Shown here: piece after piece, positions 21,170 to 32,320 of the stretch
How the letters are laid out: every line of letters starts with the position of its first letter
Position numbering within the stretch: the stretch's first letter is position 1
DNA from: a virus
Taxonomy: Duplodnaviria; Caudoviricetes
DNA length: 64,000 nt
Reading direction: 5' to 3' (one strand)
IMG/VR virus record: IMGVR_UViG_3300032007_000017
The notes under the pieces: generated by a model
What the model saw: the letters and a program-made list of their open reading frames with translations, nothing else
Database searches by the model: none
What the model was told of the DNA's origin: nothing
Made by a program: the position numbers and the translations under genes

Positions 21170-23626
21170 TTATTGCTGGTCTTCTTCACCTTTTCTGGAT
21201 ACTTCGACAAGTTGTCTGGACTTTCTGAGAATCTCTTCATGACGAGAGATATCAAGATGAGTACCAAGATAGAAGTAATAGAGTTGTCTCATATACTCAT
21301 TCTTAATAGCCTCATCCTGCTCATTGGCGAGATCAAACTCAGTGACATTCTGAACAAACTGTTTTGTATTCTCTGCAATCTGATTGGTATTTGCAGTATT
21401 GATAAAGACAGGCGGCGGGAAACTAGCTTCAAGCTCAACATTCTCTTTATATTCAAAGTTATAGATCTTAGTGCAAATCCTAGACACAAACGGGGAGAAT
21501 ACAGATTGTCTTGCATAGATCTTTCTTAAGAACTTAGAGTTTGCCATAGAAAGCTGAGAAGCATAATCTACAGACATACGAGACTGAATAATTTCAAAAG
21601 GCACGCCAATAGAATTGATTGCCATTTCTTTGACTTGTTCAAGTTGCTCTGAATTGTCTGTAAACTGTTGGCCAGGCATAGTTTGAATATCAATGGGAGA
21701 ATTACCATCTGTGCCAACTGGGATAAAGAGGTCATTAAATTTACCAGTAATATTTAAGACATTATTGATATTAGAGAACTGTCTAAAACCAAAATTGCCT
21801 TGCTTTACTTGGTTAATGACATTTAAAAGAGTCTGAGCTATATTGGTATCAACCTGTTGTTTGACATAATAAACTCTCTTATCTTGTCCTCTCACAAGCC
21901 TACCAATAGCATCAGTGATATACATAGAAGCATAGATCTTAGCAGGTACCATTGCCTTATCAAGATCAGAAATACCTCTATGAGTAATGGGATCGAGTTT
22001 AAAGTATACATGAACCATATCCTCAGGCGGAATAAAGGTAATTTTTACCTTATCGATAGCCGGAGTATTAAAGAGATCATTATACTTTAAAATCTGGTAA
22101 ATCTCTTCTCTAAGATCCTGATTTGCCTGAATAAACTGCTTATCAATAAACTGGGAAAGTTGCCCAGCGACATATTTTAGCAGTTCTTCTTGACGAGAAG
22201 GATCAACACAGTTAAACGGAGCATTCATACCAGAGTTAGATCCTCTAAGAGATGTAAGAGAATCGCTCATGATATAGTTCAATCCTCTGAAGTCTTCAAG
22301 AGCTTCATAAGATCTAAGCTCAATGTAATAATATCCTAAGCAGGTATTATTAGATCCAATGTAAATAGGAATGACTTGTTCACGCTTAATACGAGATACA
22401 ACGCAACCAGGAACATCGACAGTTATCTCAGGTCTATTATCTCTCTGATTTGCAAATCCAATTAAGCCATCAGAAACAAGCTCATTCTTGTGGTTCGTCT
22501 CATCATCAATATCTTCTTCAATACCATCAACGACAAGCTTACCACTCTTTTTATCTTTCTTAACGATCTTAAGATCTTTCTTGCCTTCATTCAATGCTAC
22601 TTCATTCAAGAATTGAGCTGAAGTAGATTCCATAAATCCTTTTCTCTTATTGGTAATCTGAGCATTTCTAACTTCAGATTCGATAATACCACGACGGCAA
22701 ATCTCAACCTGAAGATGGAAAGATTCAGACTGATTGAGAAGGGATTGCATCTGCGGTTGATCAATACGATGTCCGGCCTTTACAGAAGAACCTTCTGTAA
22801 CAACAGCGGATTCTATGACATATTGAGGGTTTGCAGACTCTAAGACAGATGCTTTTGTATTATCGCTAATGACAGAACGTTTATTATCAATAGACAGCAT
22901 GAATGTCTCATTAAGCCTATCATCGGTTCCAACAGCAGACTCATGCTCAATATTAGCAGAAGTTATTGGATTAGTATAAGGCTTATCAGTAAGCAATCTA
23001 CTTAAAGCAGTCTTATACGGGACAATGTAAACGAAGTCTTCACCATACTTAGAAGCATGGTAATAGACATCTTCTATAAAAGGAAGAAGATTATATCTCT
23101 TCTTGAGATCTTTACAACGTTCATCGAAAGTTGTATCATCATCTTCTCCAATAGACAGATTCTTTAAAGTCAAGAAATCTTTAGAGAAATAGTCAGGAGA
23201 GAGAACTCCTTCTTTAAGAATAAGAAGAGCTTCTTCAAGATCAGGAAAGTACTTACAAGTAGAATCAATCTCTGCGTCCATCTCCATAAGATATCTATTG
23301 GACTGGAAAACAGCAAAGAAATCATCATAATTCAGAGCATCATCAAAGAATTTAGAAACGCCATTTTTGCCATTTATTCTTGATGTCTCTGTATCAAATT
23401 TAAACTTAAGCCTAGAATAAAGCTTCGAAACGCTAGGAATTCCCATAGTATTGATATTCGAAGCGACGATATCATCCAAATTAGAACTGATATCTTTTCT
23501 AAGCCTATCTATATTAGCATTATTAGACGGGGATGTAAAGTACGTAGTTTGATAAAGAGATGACATAGATCGATTTACACGACCCATGAGACCTCTTAAA
23601 CCACGTCTCTGGTCATTATCGGGCAT
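21170..23626 (-). CDS. Portal protein (T4 gp20-like)
   Basis: GISDLDKAMVPAKIY...IGRLVRGQDKRVYYV resembles gp20 SYLH.A.KP.NQL...YRL.RAPERRVFY; late promoter 23650-23661. Confidence 0.75.
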   Translation of the reverse strand: MPDNDQRRGLRGLMGRVNRSMSSLYQTTYFTSPSNNANIDRLRKDISSNLDDIVASNINTMGIPSVSKLYSRLKFKFDTETSRINGKNGVSKFFDDALNYDDFFAVFQSNRYLMEMDAEIDSTCKYFPDLEEALLILKEGVLSPDYFSKDFLTLKNLSIGEDDDTTFDERCKDLKKRYNLLPFIEDVYYHASKYGEDFVYIVPYKTALSRLLTDKPYTNPITSANIEHESAVGTDDRLNETFMLSIDNKRSVISDNTKASVLESANPQYVIESAVVTEGSSVKAGHRIDQPQMQSLLNQSESFHLQVEICRRGIIESEVRNAQITNKRKGFMESTSAQFLNEVALNEGKKDLKIVKKDKKSGKLVVDGIEEDIDDETNHKNELVSDGLIGFANQRDNRPEITVDVPGCVVSRIKREQVIPIYIGSNNTCLGYYYIELRSYEALEDFRGLNYIMSDSLTSLRGSNSGMNAPFNCVDPSRQEELLKYVAGQLSQFIDKQFIQANQDLREEIYQILKYNDLFNTPAIDKVKITFIPPEDMVHVYFKLDPITHRGISDLDKAMVPAKIYASMYITDAIGRLVRGQDKRVYYVKQQVDTNIAQTLLNVINQVKQGNFGFRQFSNINNVLNITGKFNDLFIPVGTDGNSPIDIQTMPGQQFTDNSEQLEQVKEMAINSIGVPFEIIQSRMSVDYASQLSMANSKFLRKIYARQSVFSPFVSRICTKIYNFEYKENVELEASFPPPVFINTANTNQIAENTKQFVQNVTEFDLANEQDEAIKNEYMRQLYYFYLGTHLDISRHEEILRKSRQLVEVSRKGEEDQQ

Positions 23627-23706
23627 AATCTCACCTCGAAATCATTAATTATTAAAGTGTTGAGGACAAAAAATAAAGCTAGAGATAACCCCTAGCTTTA
23701 TTTTAA

Positions 23707-24519
23707 TTATGAATCCAAATGAATAAACGTAGCATACGTTGACTCTATAAACTGTCCAGGATAAATATATTTGAATGGATTCTTTTTATGAGTGACAATA
23801 AACTGAATCTCGAATATTTTGGGATTGTCCAATCTATCTCTCAGTTTAATATCAAGAGAATCATCTTTATTTATCGGGAATAGAGTCTTAAACATAAAGA
23901 ATCCATAATTCCTTTTATCGACTTCAAGATTTACATAGCTTTCTCCCATCATAACCTTATTAGCTAGCACTGATGCAATGGTATCATTAAGATGCATAGC
24001 ATAATAGGTCTTGATAGGTTCGGAAACTAATTGTCTAGAATGAAGAAATCCGTTTACTAGACTGATTACATTCGGAAGCATAACAGATTTTCTACCATCT
24101 GGACCATACAAATCTACAAAATCAATTGGTTCATTGAGTCTAGTGTTTACCAGACCCCAGAGAGATGCATCAGATATAGGTCTCCATACAGGTTGTATAT
24201 ACTTGAATTCTTCTCTCATAGATAATGGAACCATTGCCCATTGAAGATCTTCAAGTATTGCAAAGTCTATATATTTATTGACTATATCTGCATCTACTGT
24301 ATCATATCTGAATATGAATGAGGATGGAACCTCTAGTTCTAGTGGGAGAGGCATCTCCCTAATGGAATGTATCTCATCTGGAATTCCATAGATAGCATGC
24401 CTCTCCGCACAAACGTAATAGAAGTGGCAACCTTTCATAGCTTTTGCGATTGTGATAATAATATCAAATCGCTTTACTACTTTATAACTAGAAGGATTGA
24501 TTGGGTGTGACAGCCACAT
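23707..24519 (-). CDS. Hypothetical protein overlapping the end of polB-N
   Basis: 270-aa ORF followed by terminator 23669-23706. Confidence 0.7.
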   Translation of the reverse strand: MWLSHPINPSSYKVVKRFDIIITIAKAMKGCHFYYVCAERHAIYGIPDEIHSIREMPLPLELEVPSSFIFRYDTVDADIVNKYIDFAILEDLQWAMVPLSMREEFKYIQPVWRPISDASLWGLVNTRLNEPIDFVDLYGPDGRKSVMLPNVISLVNGFLHSRQLVSEPIKTYYAMHLNDTIASVLANKVMMGESYVNLEVDKRNYGFFMFKTLFPINKDDSLDIKLRDRLDNPKIFEIQFIVTHKKNPFKYIYPGQFIESTYATFIHLDS

Positions 24520-26482
24520 TTTCTTTCCACTCCTGCAGTTTCTGTATTAATTCCTCAGACATTTCCACCTCATTAATGAATGGGCGATAATATCCTCCTT
24601 CTGTATGCTTTTCATACAGTGGGAAATAATACTTTTGATATTGGGTAAACGGATATCTGCATCCATCATCCATGGTCTCAGGCAGCCTTGCAATAGGATG
24701 TCTGGGCTGGATTTCATAGGTGTAGAGATCTCGTATATATGTCACAAGTTGATTGAAGTTCGGCAATCCTAACCAGCGTGTACCGAATTCTAGCCACTGA
24801 TGAGATTGTAGATCTTCACAGAATTGTCCTCCTGCTGTATAATGTTCATAATGAGTCCTATTATGCTTATCATGGATCTTACCAGCAATAATAATAAGAC
24901 CAATCTGGACATACGGGAAGACATTAAACTGACGCATAATCGACGGATACAGAGATTTATAGTCAGAGTCGACTAGATTCTCAAATACATTCGTCGGATT
25001 ACCGTTAAGAAATACTCTCGATTTATCGTTAACTTGAAGCGGATCAGCCACAAAGGCCCCAGGATAGGGCTGAGCGACATTATCATAATTGATATTATTA
25101 CCCTTTACGTAACCTCTATCCCAAAGAACTTGCTGACCGCGATTAGCAAGATATACAGTTTGACGATGAATCTTTGCATATCGAGTATTGTTCATCAAAC
25201 ACTTAGAGAATACATACTCTAAGTCTTGAGTATAATACTCAATACAATATTGAACGATAGTATCACAGACGTTATAGAAGAAGAATGTCTTATAGTTTTT
25301 ATAAGGCAGTAACTCAATCTGAGTTGTGATATCTTTATAGTCAAGCTTCTTCACCTTGGCTATAATTGTACCAATAGCATCCAATCCATAGGATAGGTAC
25401 TTTGTCTGTCCTTTTCGTCTGGATGCAAATTGGATCATTTGATCGAGCCAGACTGTATAAGAAGAGCATGAGAAGAAATCGTTACGCTCATCAAATACAT
25501 CTTTATTTCTATCGTCGACATAATAGAAGCATTCTTTGACCTTGAAATCTGGATGGCAGATTACATTTTCTGGTTTTCTACCAAGACGTTCAATTCTTGC
25601 AATCAGATATGGAAGGTCGAATGCTTCATTCCATGCCAGACAGAAATCTGGTTTATAGCTGTTTACCAGTTTAAAGAACTCACGTATCATTCTATATTCA
25701 TCATCTTCATCATAGAATGCTACATTGAATTTCATATTCTCTAAACCAAAGTAAAATGGCTCCTTGGTTTCAGAGTTATGATTATTCTCTGAAACATGAG
25801 CCAATACAAATTGCTTTAATTCAGCAAGATTCTGCTGAATATTTGCTTCTAGTTCAGCAATTTGTGGATTCCTAGGATTCCTCAGAAGGAATGTATAGGT
25901 CTCCATTCTATCCTGAAAAACGATGGTAATTGCATTGACTGGTGCTTCTCCAGGTTCCGGAAAATCACCAGCAATATCGATACCATCGACCTCAATATCG
26001 AAGAAAGCTTTAGAGATCTGACAGATCTGGTTTGTATAGGTATTATTAAACCAAAATCTATAATGATCTTCCAAAGTATTATCTGACATAAACACATCAG
26101 GGTGTTTATGAATATCTTTTATTTTTCTGAAATCGCCACTTCGAATAGTCTCTTTATACCAAGAAGTATATCCGAGCTTATCACAGATATCTGATTCAAG
26201 GAATAAATGAGGAGTATCATGGGCATCCACACTATTTAAAGGTGCATAAGTTCGATTATATGCTACCCGCTTATCAGGTTTTGCAATAAAATATTCATAA
26301 GCAGGATTCATAATCTCTTCTTTATGCTTCATTCCTGTTTTATTATCTTTATAGATAATAGTCATGCATTGAGTATATTTACTCTTTCCATTTTCATCTG
26401 GTGGCAACCTCCATTTCTTTACCATAGTATTCATAATGGTAAGATCATCACCAGGTTGCCTTGCAGTAAGTTTCAATTGCAT
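24488..26482 (-). CDS. polB: Family B DNA polymerase, N-terminal part (3'-5' exonuclease plus motif A)
   Basis: ExoI FFDIEVD, ExoII AWNEAFDLPYL, ExoIII YNVCD, motif A DYKSLYPSIMRQFN; start 26482 after AGGTGA. Confidence 0.88.
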   Translation of the reverse strand: MQLKLTARQPGDDLTIMNTMVKKWRLPPDENGKSKYTQCMTIIYKDNKTGMKHKEEIMNPAYEYFIAKPDKRVAYNRTYAPLNSVDAHDTPHLFLESDICDKLGYTSWYKETIRSGDFRKIKDIHKHPDVFMSDNTLEDHYRFWFNNTYTNQICQISKAFFDIEVDGIDIAGDFPEPGEAPVNAITIVFQDRMETYTFLLRNPRNPQIAELEANIQQNLAELKQFVLAHVSENNHNSETKEPFYFGLENMKFNVAFYDEDDEYRMIREFFKLVNSYKPDFCLAWNEAFDLPYLIARIERLGRKPENVICHPDFKVKECFYYVDDRNKDVFDERNDFFSCSSYTVWLDQMIQFASRRKGQTKYLSYGLDAIGTIIAKVKKLDYKDITTQIELLPYKNYKTFFFYNVCDTIVQYCIEYYTQDLEYVFSKCLMNNTRYAKIHRQTVYLANRGQQVLWDRGYVKGNNINYDNVAQPYPGAFVADPLQVNDKSRVFLNGNPTNVFENLVDSDYKSLYPSIMRQFNVFPYVQIGLIIIAGKIHDKHNRTHYEHYTAGGQFCEDLQSHQWLEFGTRWLGLPNFNQLVTYIRDLYTYEIQPRHPIARLPETMDDGCRYPFTQYQKYYFPLYEKHTEGGYYRPFINEVEMSEELIQKLQEWKENVAVTPNQSF

Positions 26483-26585
26483 AATCTCACCTACTATCTT
26501 AATTATTGCACAGTTATAATATATTTTCAAATTGACTTTTAAAGATTACACTAACAGCAAATTATATTAGAAGGAGGATTTCAAT

Positions 26586-27581
26586 ATGGAATTCTATTAT
26601 CCTTTCATAGGCACCGAGCCTACAGAAGAAATTTCTGCTAAGAAGAATGCACTCGATGGTTATACAGAATTCGATACGTCATTCTTCGAAGATGATGGTG
26701 CGAAAATCGTCCCCTCTGAACAAGAACTCGAGCTTGCAGATAAGAATAATAAAGCTAAGAAAGCCCCTGAAAGACTTACCAAAGTCTCTCAAAAGGGTGG
26801 TCCTTTCGATGTACCAGTTCCTGTAGCATCTACAGAAGCTGTTGTAGATCCTATGACTGTACCTTATGCTGATTCTTATCGTAGAACTAATTCATGGCTT
26901 GAGCAGTCTGTTCTTCAGACGGATGTACTTGCTAGTGAAGTAAAAGAAGACTTGGATAAGATCCGTGCTTCCAATACCATGAAGTCTAAGTACACCTATA
27001 TCTCTAATCTTGCTGGTGTTCAGGCTAGTTTGATTGGTACGAAGATTCAGGCTATTCGTGAAATCAATAACTCTATCAACAAGGCTCATGAACTTGAGCT
27101 TAAGAGAGCTAAGGATATCAAGGATGCTCAGAAGGATCAGCAGAATGATGATTCTCGCATGATGGATATGTACAATGCCTTTATCAATTCTCCTATGGGC
27201 ATGTACAATAATGCTTTGAATATGCCGACTGTCCCTGAAGCGATGCTTGGTACGAATGGTTTAAACCCCACTATCCAGGGTGTATCAATTGCTCCGAACG
27301 CTGGTCTGTCTTCCAATCAGTTGTCTCCCGAGCAGCTTCGCATGAGAATGGAGGGCAACCCCAATATTGAAGAGGTTGTCATGTATGAACCTTCTACAGG
27401 TAGACGTTGGTTCCAGATTTTAGATAATTCGACAGGTCAACCTGTCCCCGGTATGCCTACAAGTGACGATTTCTTACTTTCGGATGTCACTATTGATGTC
27501 CGTAGTGGGACTGCTAAGAATCGTAACATTGACCGGGTTTGGAGGCTCGTAAACACCGAAAATACAGTTTACGAATATTGA
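26586..27581 (+). CDS. Hypothetical coiled-coil protein
   Basis: 331 aa, AAGGAGG RBS, late promoter 26553-26564. Confidence 0.8.
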   Translation: MEFYYPFIGTEPTEEISAKKNALDGYTEFDTSFFEDDGAKIVPSEQELELADKNNKAKKAPERLTKVSQKGGPFDVPVPVASTEAVVDPMTVPYADSYRRTNSWLEQSVLQTDVLASEVKEDLDKIRASNTMKSKYTYISNLAGVQASLIGTKIQAIREINNSINKAHELELKRAKDIKDAQKDQQNDDSRMMDMYNAFINSPMGMYNNALNMPTVPEAMLGTNGLNPTIQGVSIAPNAGLSSNQLSPEQLRMRMEGNPNIEEVVMYEPSTGRRWFQILDNSTGQPVPGMPTSDDFLLSDVTIDVRSGTAKNRNIDRVWRLVNTENTVYEY

Positions 27582-27587
27582 TGTGAA

Positions 27588-28116
27588 AATAAAAGGGGGA
27601 GAGCCCCGATTGTGGGCTCTCCCAAGAAAGAGGAAGTTCGATGCATCTCTATCGCATGGGCGCATCGATTAATTATATGCTATCAACTATATAAAAAATA
27701 AATATAAGAGGACTTTTTGTCCTCTTATTTCTTTGCTAAAACTAATTAGACAGTCATTATGACTGTCTAATTAGTACTATGGAGGAATCAATCAATGAAA
27801 ACCAAAAAGAAATATAGAAATTGTGGCTTTACTTAATAGTTAGATAGACTATATACAAGGGACTCGAAAGTCCCTTGTATATAGTTTTGAAAGAAGAAGT
27901 CAATCTGGGAAAAGTGTGGATAACATGTTGAAAAATCATAAGTTTCATCCAAAACCAAATAATGGTTTTACTTTTTTTGTTATATGCATAAAAAATAATA
28001 CGAGGGTCTACCAGCCCCCCGTATTACTGTATGTAGTCATATAAGAGGCCCATCTCACAAACCTCTTACTGAGTACATACTAATGTGGACGTATTTCAGC
28101 CCACCATTAGTATGTT
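27588..28116 (-). ncRNA. Cluster of about four candidate small RNAs (promoter, short spacer, terminator)
   Basis: About 530 nt lacking a credible long ORF, with 5-6 strong hairpins and late-promoter-like sites at 27670-27681, 27830-27841, 28105-28116. Confidence 0.4.
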
Positions 28117-30854
28117 CAGTTCGCATTAAAATCCCAAATTATATTATTGGTAGATTTATCAATATCAATACCATCAGATCTAAGAAGAATGATATCAGCA
28201 TTTGATACAATCATCTCAGAAGAATGTGAGATCATAATGCACTGCTCAGTTTCCATAAGATCCATGATATTATCCATCAATAAAGCAAATGCTGCTCTAT
28301 TAGGTTCATCAAGAGGATCATCAATTTCATCTACTTTAATGACATTATACTCAGTAGAAGAAATCTTCAAAAGAGCAAATGAGATAATCATGGATATCAT
28401 AGTCAACTGAGAGGAACTCATTGAAGATATATCATCATTCAAATATCCATTACCAATGCAAGGAATTCTAAACTCATTTTCATTGATAACGAATGGTTGA
28501 AGTTGATACTGTCCTCCAAATAGATAAGACAATAACTTATTGGAGAGTTTCAGTATATTACCCATATAGAGTTCCATAAATACTAGCTGGATGCCAGTAG
28601 TAGGGGATGAATAGAACTTGACTTTTTCATACTTCTTAATCTCAGTTTGATAAGACTCAAGAGATTTTTCATAATCTGCAATCTGTCCAAGCTTGTAAAC
28701 CAAATCATCTCGTTCTCTATTTTTATGAGAAACATCATTCTCATAAACTTTCAAACGAGTAACCTCTTCTGCTCTTCTAGCTTCATGATTACGAATGAAA
28801 TCTATCTGAGATTTATACTGATCAAGCTCATTCTTTGTAGAATCATAAAGTTGCATTGTTTGCAGTATCTGATCGACCTTGGGTATCAAATAATCGTTTA
28901 TTTGATGAATTCTGTCTTCTGATACTGCTAAAGCCCTTTGAACGTGTTCTACGATCCTTTGGTTCGCCTCAGAGTGCCTAAATAAGGCGCTGAGAGAAGC
29001 TTCAAGTTGAATTTTCATGTCGTAGAACTTTTTCATGCCTTCTTTCATTCCAGCAAGAGAAGCTAGCTTAGCTTCATACTTTTGAATATTTCCTACTATG
29101 ATTTGATATTCTTCAAAGTAATTGGCTAAGTCAATATATTGATAGATTCTATCAATATATTTCAATTCATCTCCTCCAAGAAGAGTCTCAAAGAACTCTG
29201 CTTTGGATTCGAATATTCCTCCATTTGGAAGTCTTGAAAGAATGGAATGATTCTTATCAATAGAACGAATGATCGTTCTAATGGCATTTAAGCAAGCATT
29301 ATGAACTTCTGCATGTTTAACCTCAGATTCATATTGATCTATTTGTGCTTTAAAAATATCATATGAATTGGTTAAGTCAGATAGAGTTTCTGCCGGATTA
29401 GTAGCAGCGGCTTTTACAGCATCTGATATAAAGAAGCATGAATCAATCTTACAACCACTAGGACGATTCTTTAACTTTTCTGCCAGCTTACGATTAGTAT
29501 CTGCTTCAGCAATTGCTGTTAGATACTTTTCGTTATACTGGTCTTTGGTATCAAGAACCGCCTGTTGTTTCGATGTATCAATAACAGAAGGCATGCCTAT
29601 ATAATTAATGGTAGCAAACTCATTGATACATTCTTGAATTGTATGATAGTCATACATAAACTTAAAATCTTCTACTAAGCGAGTAATCTCATGCACTGTC
29701 TCCAACGCAATAATATACTCAGCTTTTGTAAAAGAATTCGGATCAATACCTGTAACAGATATTGTCTGGGCTATCTGTGCCGCATCTTGTTTAGCACTAT
29801 TCAGATAGGATTCGACCTCATTATACTCATCAGACTTTAAAGAGGATAACTGATTTTCAATATCATCAATCTGTCCTTTGATAGATTGAATTTGATTTAT
29901 CAATCCATTATTAATAGATCTAATTCTCTCTATCTCAGACTTGAAATAGGTATTAGCAGCATAGTCTTTCTGAAGTTGCTCAGCCAATGCTTTTGCTTCC
30001 ACTTCAGGAATAAACATCATCTGCATACCATCTCGATGATAACCAAAAATCATCTCTTTAAGCTCTTTATTAAGCTTTCTGAGTTCAGATTCTTTGCTCT
30101 TATATGAAGTTTGAATAGAAGCATCGGGATCAATGTTTCTGATTTCTACATCAATCTCTGTAATGGTTCTTTTAACTTCATCAATGTTTCTTTGAATTTC
30201 ATTTGTCTCTCGTTCTACAGAATCTTTTAAAGCCTCTAAACTTGCTTTATCTCCAAGAGCTCCTAATCTAGTAGTGATACTAGACATAATAGCCTTAACA
30301 GCACTTACTTTCTTAGAAACTGTCTTGTAGATATCGTTATAGACTTCAAGAGATTCGATAATAGAATTAACAAACTTCTTTCTCTCAGCAGGCTTCTTAT
30401 AACCAAGACCTCTATCATCCATGGATAGTTTAGAGAGAGCAAAGAAATTAGGATCAAGCTTAAATTCAGAATACAAAATGTCTCGATAACTCGTTACATT
30501 CCCATTCTGATTCATCTCAATCATAACTCCATTATCATTAGACTTTGAGATAAATGCTTTAGTGGTTTCTCTTGTACCATTTGGTTTCAGTTCATGAAAG
30601 AACTGAATTAGATAGTTGTGTCCTTTGTGATAGACTCCTACTATTTTACTAGCAGATCTATCAGGAATAAATGCATCAGTACTATCTGGAAATAAACTTA
30701 ATGCATTCATAATAGTGGTCTTACCAGACCCATTGGTTCCTTTAATGACTTGGACTCTATGTGTAGCAAGACTAAAATCTATCCTGATATTATAGAGACC
30801 CATTCCATTATAGATACCAACGTAGTTATTCAGTTCAAGACTTGTAAATCTCAT
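28116..30854 (-). CDS. sbcC: SbcC/Rad50-like SMC ATPase
   Basis: Walker A GTNGSGKTT, coiled coils with central Cys motif CKIDSC, signature SMSSSQ, Walker B VDEID, H-loop ISH. Confidence 0.88.
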   Translation of the reverse strand: MRFTSLELNNYVGIYNGMGLYNIRIDFSLATHRVQVIKGTNGSGKTTIMNALSLFPDSTDAFIPDRSASKIVGVYHKGHNYLIQFFHELKPNGTRETTKAFISKSNDNGVMIEMNQNGNVTSYRDILYSEFKLDPNFFALSKLSMDDRGLGYKKPAERKKFVNSIIESLEVYNDIYKTVSKKVSAVKAIMSSITTRLGALGDKASLEALKDSVERETNEIQRNIDEVKRTITEIDVEIRNIDPDASIQTSYKSKESELRKLNKELKEMIFGYHRDGMQMMFIPEVEAKALAEQLQKDYAANTYFKSEIERIRSINNGLINQIQSIKGQIDDIENQLSSLKSDEYNEVESYLNSAKQDAAQIAQTISVTGIDPNSFTKAEYIIALETVHEITRLVEDFKFMYDYHTIQECINEFATINYIGMPSVIDTSKQQAVLDTKDQYNEKYLTAIAEADTNRKLAEKLKNRPSGCKIDSCFFISDAVKAAATNPAETLSDLTNSYDIFKAQIDQYESEVKHAEVHNACLNAIRTIIRSIDKNHSILSRLPNGGIFESKAEFFETLLGGDELKYIDRIYQYIDLANYFEEYQIIVGNIQKYEAKLASLAGMKEGMKKFYDMKIQLEASLSALFRHSEANQRIVEHVQRALAVSEDRIHQINDYLIPKVDQILQTMQLYDSTKNELDQYKSQIDFIRNHEARRAEEVTRLKVYENDVSHKNRERDDLVYKLGQIADYEKSLESYQTEIKKYEKVKFYSSPTTGIQLVFMELYMGNILKLSNKLLSYLFGGQYQLQPFVINENEFRIPCIGNGYLNDDISSMSSSQLTMISMIISFALLKISSTEYNVIKVDEIDDPLDEPNRAAFALLMDNIMDLMETEQCIMISHSSEMIVSNADIILLRSDGIDIDKSTNNIIWDFNAN

Positions 30855-31171
30855 TATGTAAACTGTTTATATGCATATTTCTTTTCTTGTTGATTTACAT
30901 CAGTAGGTTTCTTTTCTTTTACAATACCAATACGGATAAGGTCTTGAAATTCTCCACTCATAATACTGATATCATCCGGTGTAGTGACACCAATATTCTT
31001 GCATACAGTTTCTACATCACTATATGTGAAATCATCAGTTAATTGCTGAAGAGTCAGATAAAGTAAACGACTTACACGTTCTTTATTCTGAAGGTCTGAT
31101 CTCCAGCGACTGTTGATATATTTGACTTCGTTTTGATTAAGATCTTCAATTATTTCTTGCATTGTCGTCAT
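30854..31171 (-). CDS. Hypothetical protein, possible winged helix
   Basis: GAGGTGA RBS, late promoter 31197-31208, coupled to sbcC. Confidence 0.65.
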   Translation of the reverse strand: MTTMQEIIEDLNQNEVKYINSRWRSDLQNKERVSRLLYLTLQQLTDDFTYSDVETVCKNIGVTTPDDISIMSGEFQDLIRIGIVKEKKPTDVNQQEKKYAYKQFT

Positions 31172-31239
31172 AATGGCAATCACCTCATAATAAGATTAAT
31201 GATCTGTTTTCATAAAGGTAATAAAAAGAAAAGAGAGAG

Positions 31240-31599
31240 CTATAAGCTCTCTCTTTTTCTCATAAGTTCTCTCTTCTTTCTCTGCTCAGTATCTGTAAGC
31301 TCTTTAAAAGCGCTTAAGAATATTTGAGAATTCAGAGGATTTGCATCAGGAATTGGAAAACCTCTATCCCAAAGTATAGGAAATGCCTTACCACACTTTA
31401 TACATCTAAATGTATAGAATGGGGTTCTGGTATTAAATTCCATACAGTGGGCACCGGCCATGTATTGATCTGCGATCTTTCTATAACCCACTGGATCATT
31501 GAAATACTCGTAGAGTTCTATACTTCGATGAGATCTGCAATTAGGGCAAGTATCAATCGGATCAATCATAAGATTAATCTTTTTGATAAACTCACTCAT
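31240..31599 (-). CDS. Zinc-ribbon protein
   Basis: CPNC...CIKC. Confidence 0.7.
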   Translation of the reverse strand: MSEFIKKINLMIDPIDTCPNCRSHRSIELYEYFNDPVGYRKIADQYMAGAHCMEFNTRTPFYTFRCIKCGKAFPILWDRGFPIPDANPLNSQIFLSAFKELTDTEQRKKRELMRKRESL

Positions 31600-32320
31600 T
31601 TGTTTCCTCCTCATAATTAGGTGTAGGCGGTGCTACAGGTGGAACAGTATTGCTGTATTTATTTCTCCAACGATTGAAAGACCCAAGAAGTTTATACTTA
31701 TTGGGAAAGTCTCTCGAAAGAGTATCACAATACTTGAAATCTTCCTCAAAGAACTTATAGTATGTGTCGTTATCTATAGCAATGCCAGTATCAATAAACG
31801 CAACTCTGAATGTATCGGGCTTTGTCAGATTGATTCTGGTGTTATTATAGATATACCATGTGATGATGTGCATGATGGCGAATTTAATCTGGCACAGATA
31901 TTCACCATCACATGCATCGTCAGGATAAATGATATCCAATAGAAGGTCATGCATGACCTTGATAAACTTCATCGTATTGACGCCATCCGCTGTATTAACA
32001 GGCGGAATGACAATGATCTTACCTAGTTCGCGGAACAATTCAGAATACTTGGAAACAGTCTCTGACTTAGCTACACTAGGTTTATTGATATCTTCACAGA
32101 TTCCGAGCCAATAGTCTCTGCCACGGAATTGAAGATAGTAAAACGAGGTATGGTCGAGATCGAAAAGCCTACTACGATTAGCAGGCCCCTCGAAATCGAT
32201 GATTGCTTGACGAATGGGCTCTTGACCCATGTGAGCAGGATAACTGCCAGAGATCGCTTTGTTGAAAAGCGTTACTGCGAATTCAAAAAGGTTAGTCGGG
32301 TTTTGCGGTGCGATAAACAT
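31592..32320 (-). CDS. Hypothetical early protein
   Basis: AAGGAGG RBS before ATG 32320; early motif 32370-32378. Confidence 0.75.
   Translation of the reverse strand: MFIAPQNPTNLFEFAVTLFNKAISGSYPAHMGQEPIRQAIIDFEGPANRSRLFDLDHTSFYYLQFRGRDYWLGICEDINKPSVAKSETVSKYSELFRELGKIIVIPPVNTADGVNTMKFIKVMHDLLLDIIYPDDACDGEYLCQIKFAIMHIITWYIYNNTRINLTKPDTFRVAFIDTGIAIDNDTYYKFFEEDFKYCDTLSRDFPNKYKLLGSFNRWRNKYSNTVPPVAPPTPNYEEETNE

Noticed and set aside
27915-27923. DnaA box TGTGGATAA
   Set aside because: A single 9-mer in 64 kb of AT-rich DNA is not enough for an origin.
27588-28116. CRISPR array
   Set aside because: Hairpins differ in sequence; no identical direct repeats and no cas genes in the window.
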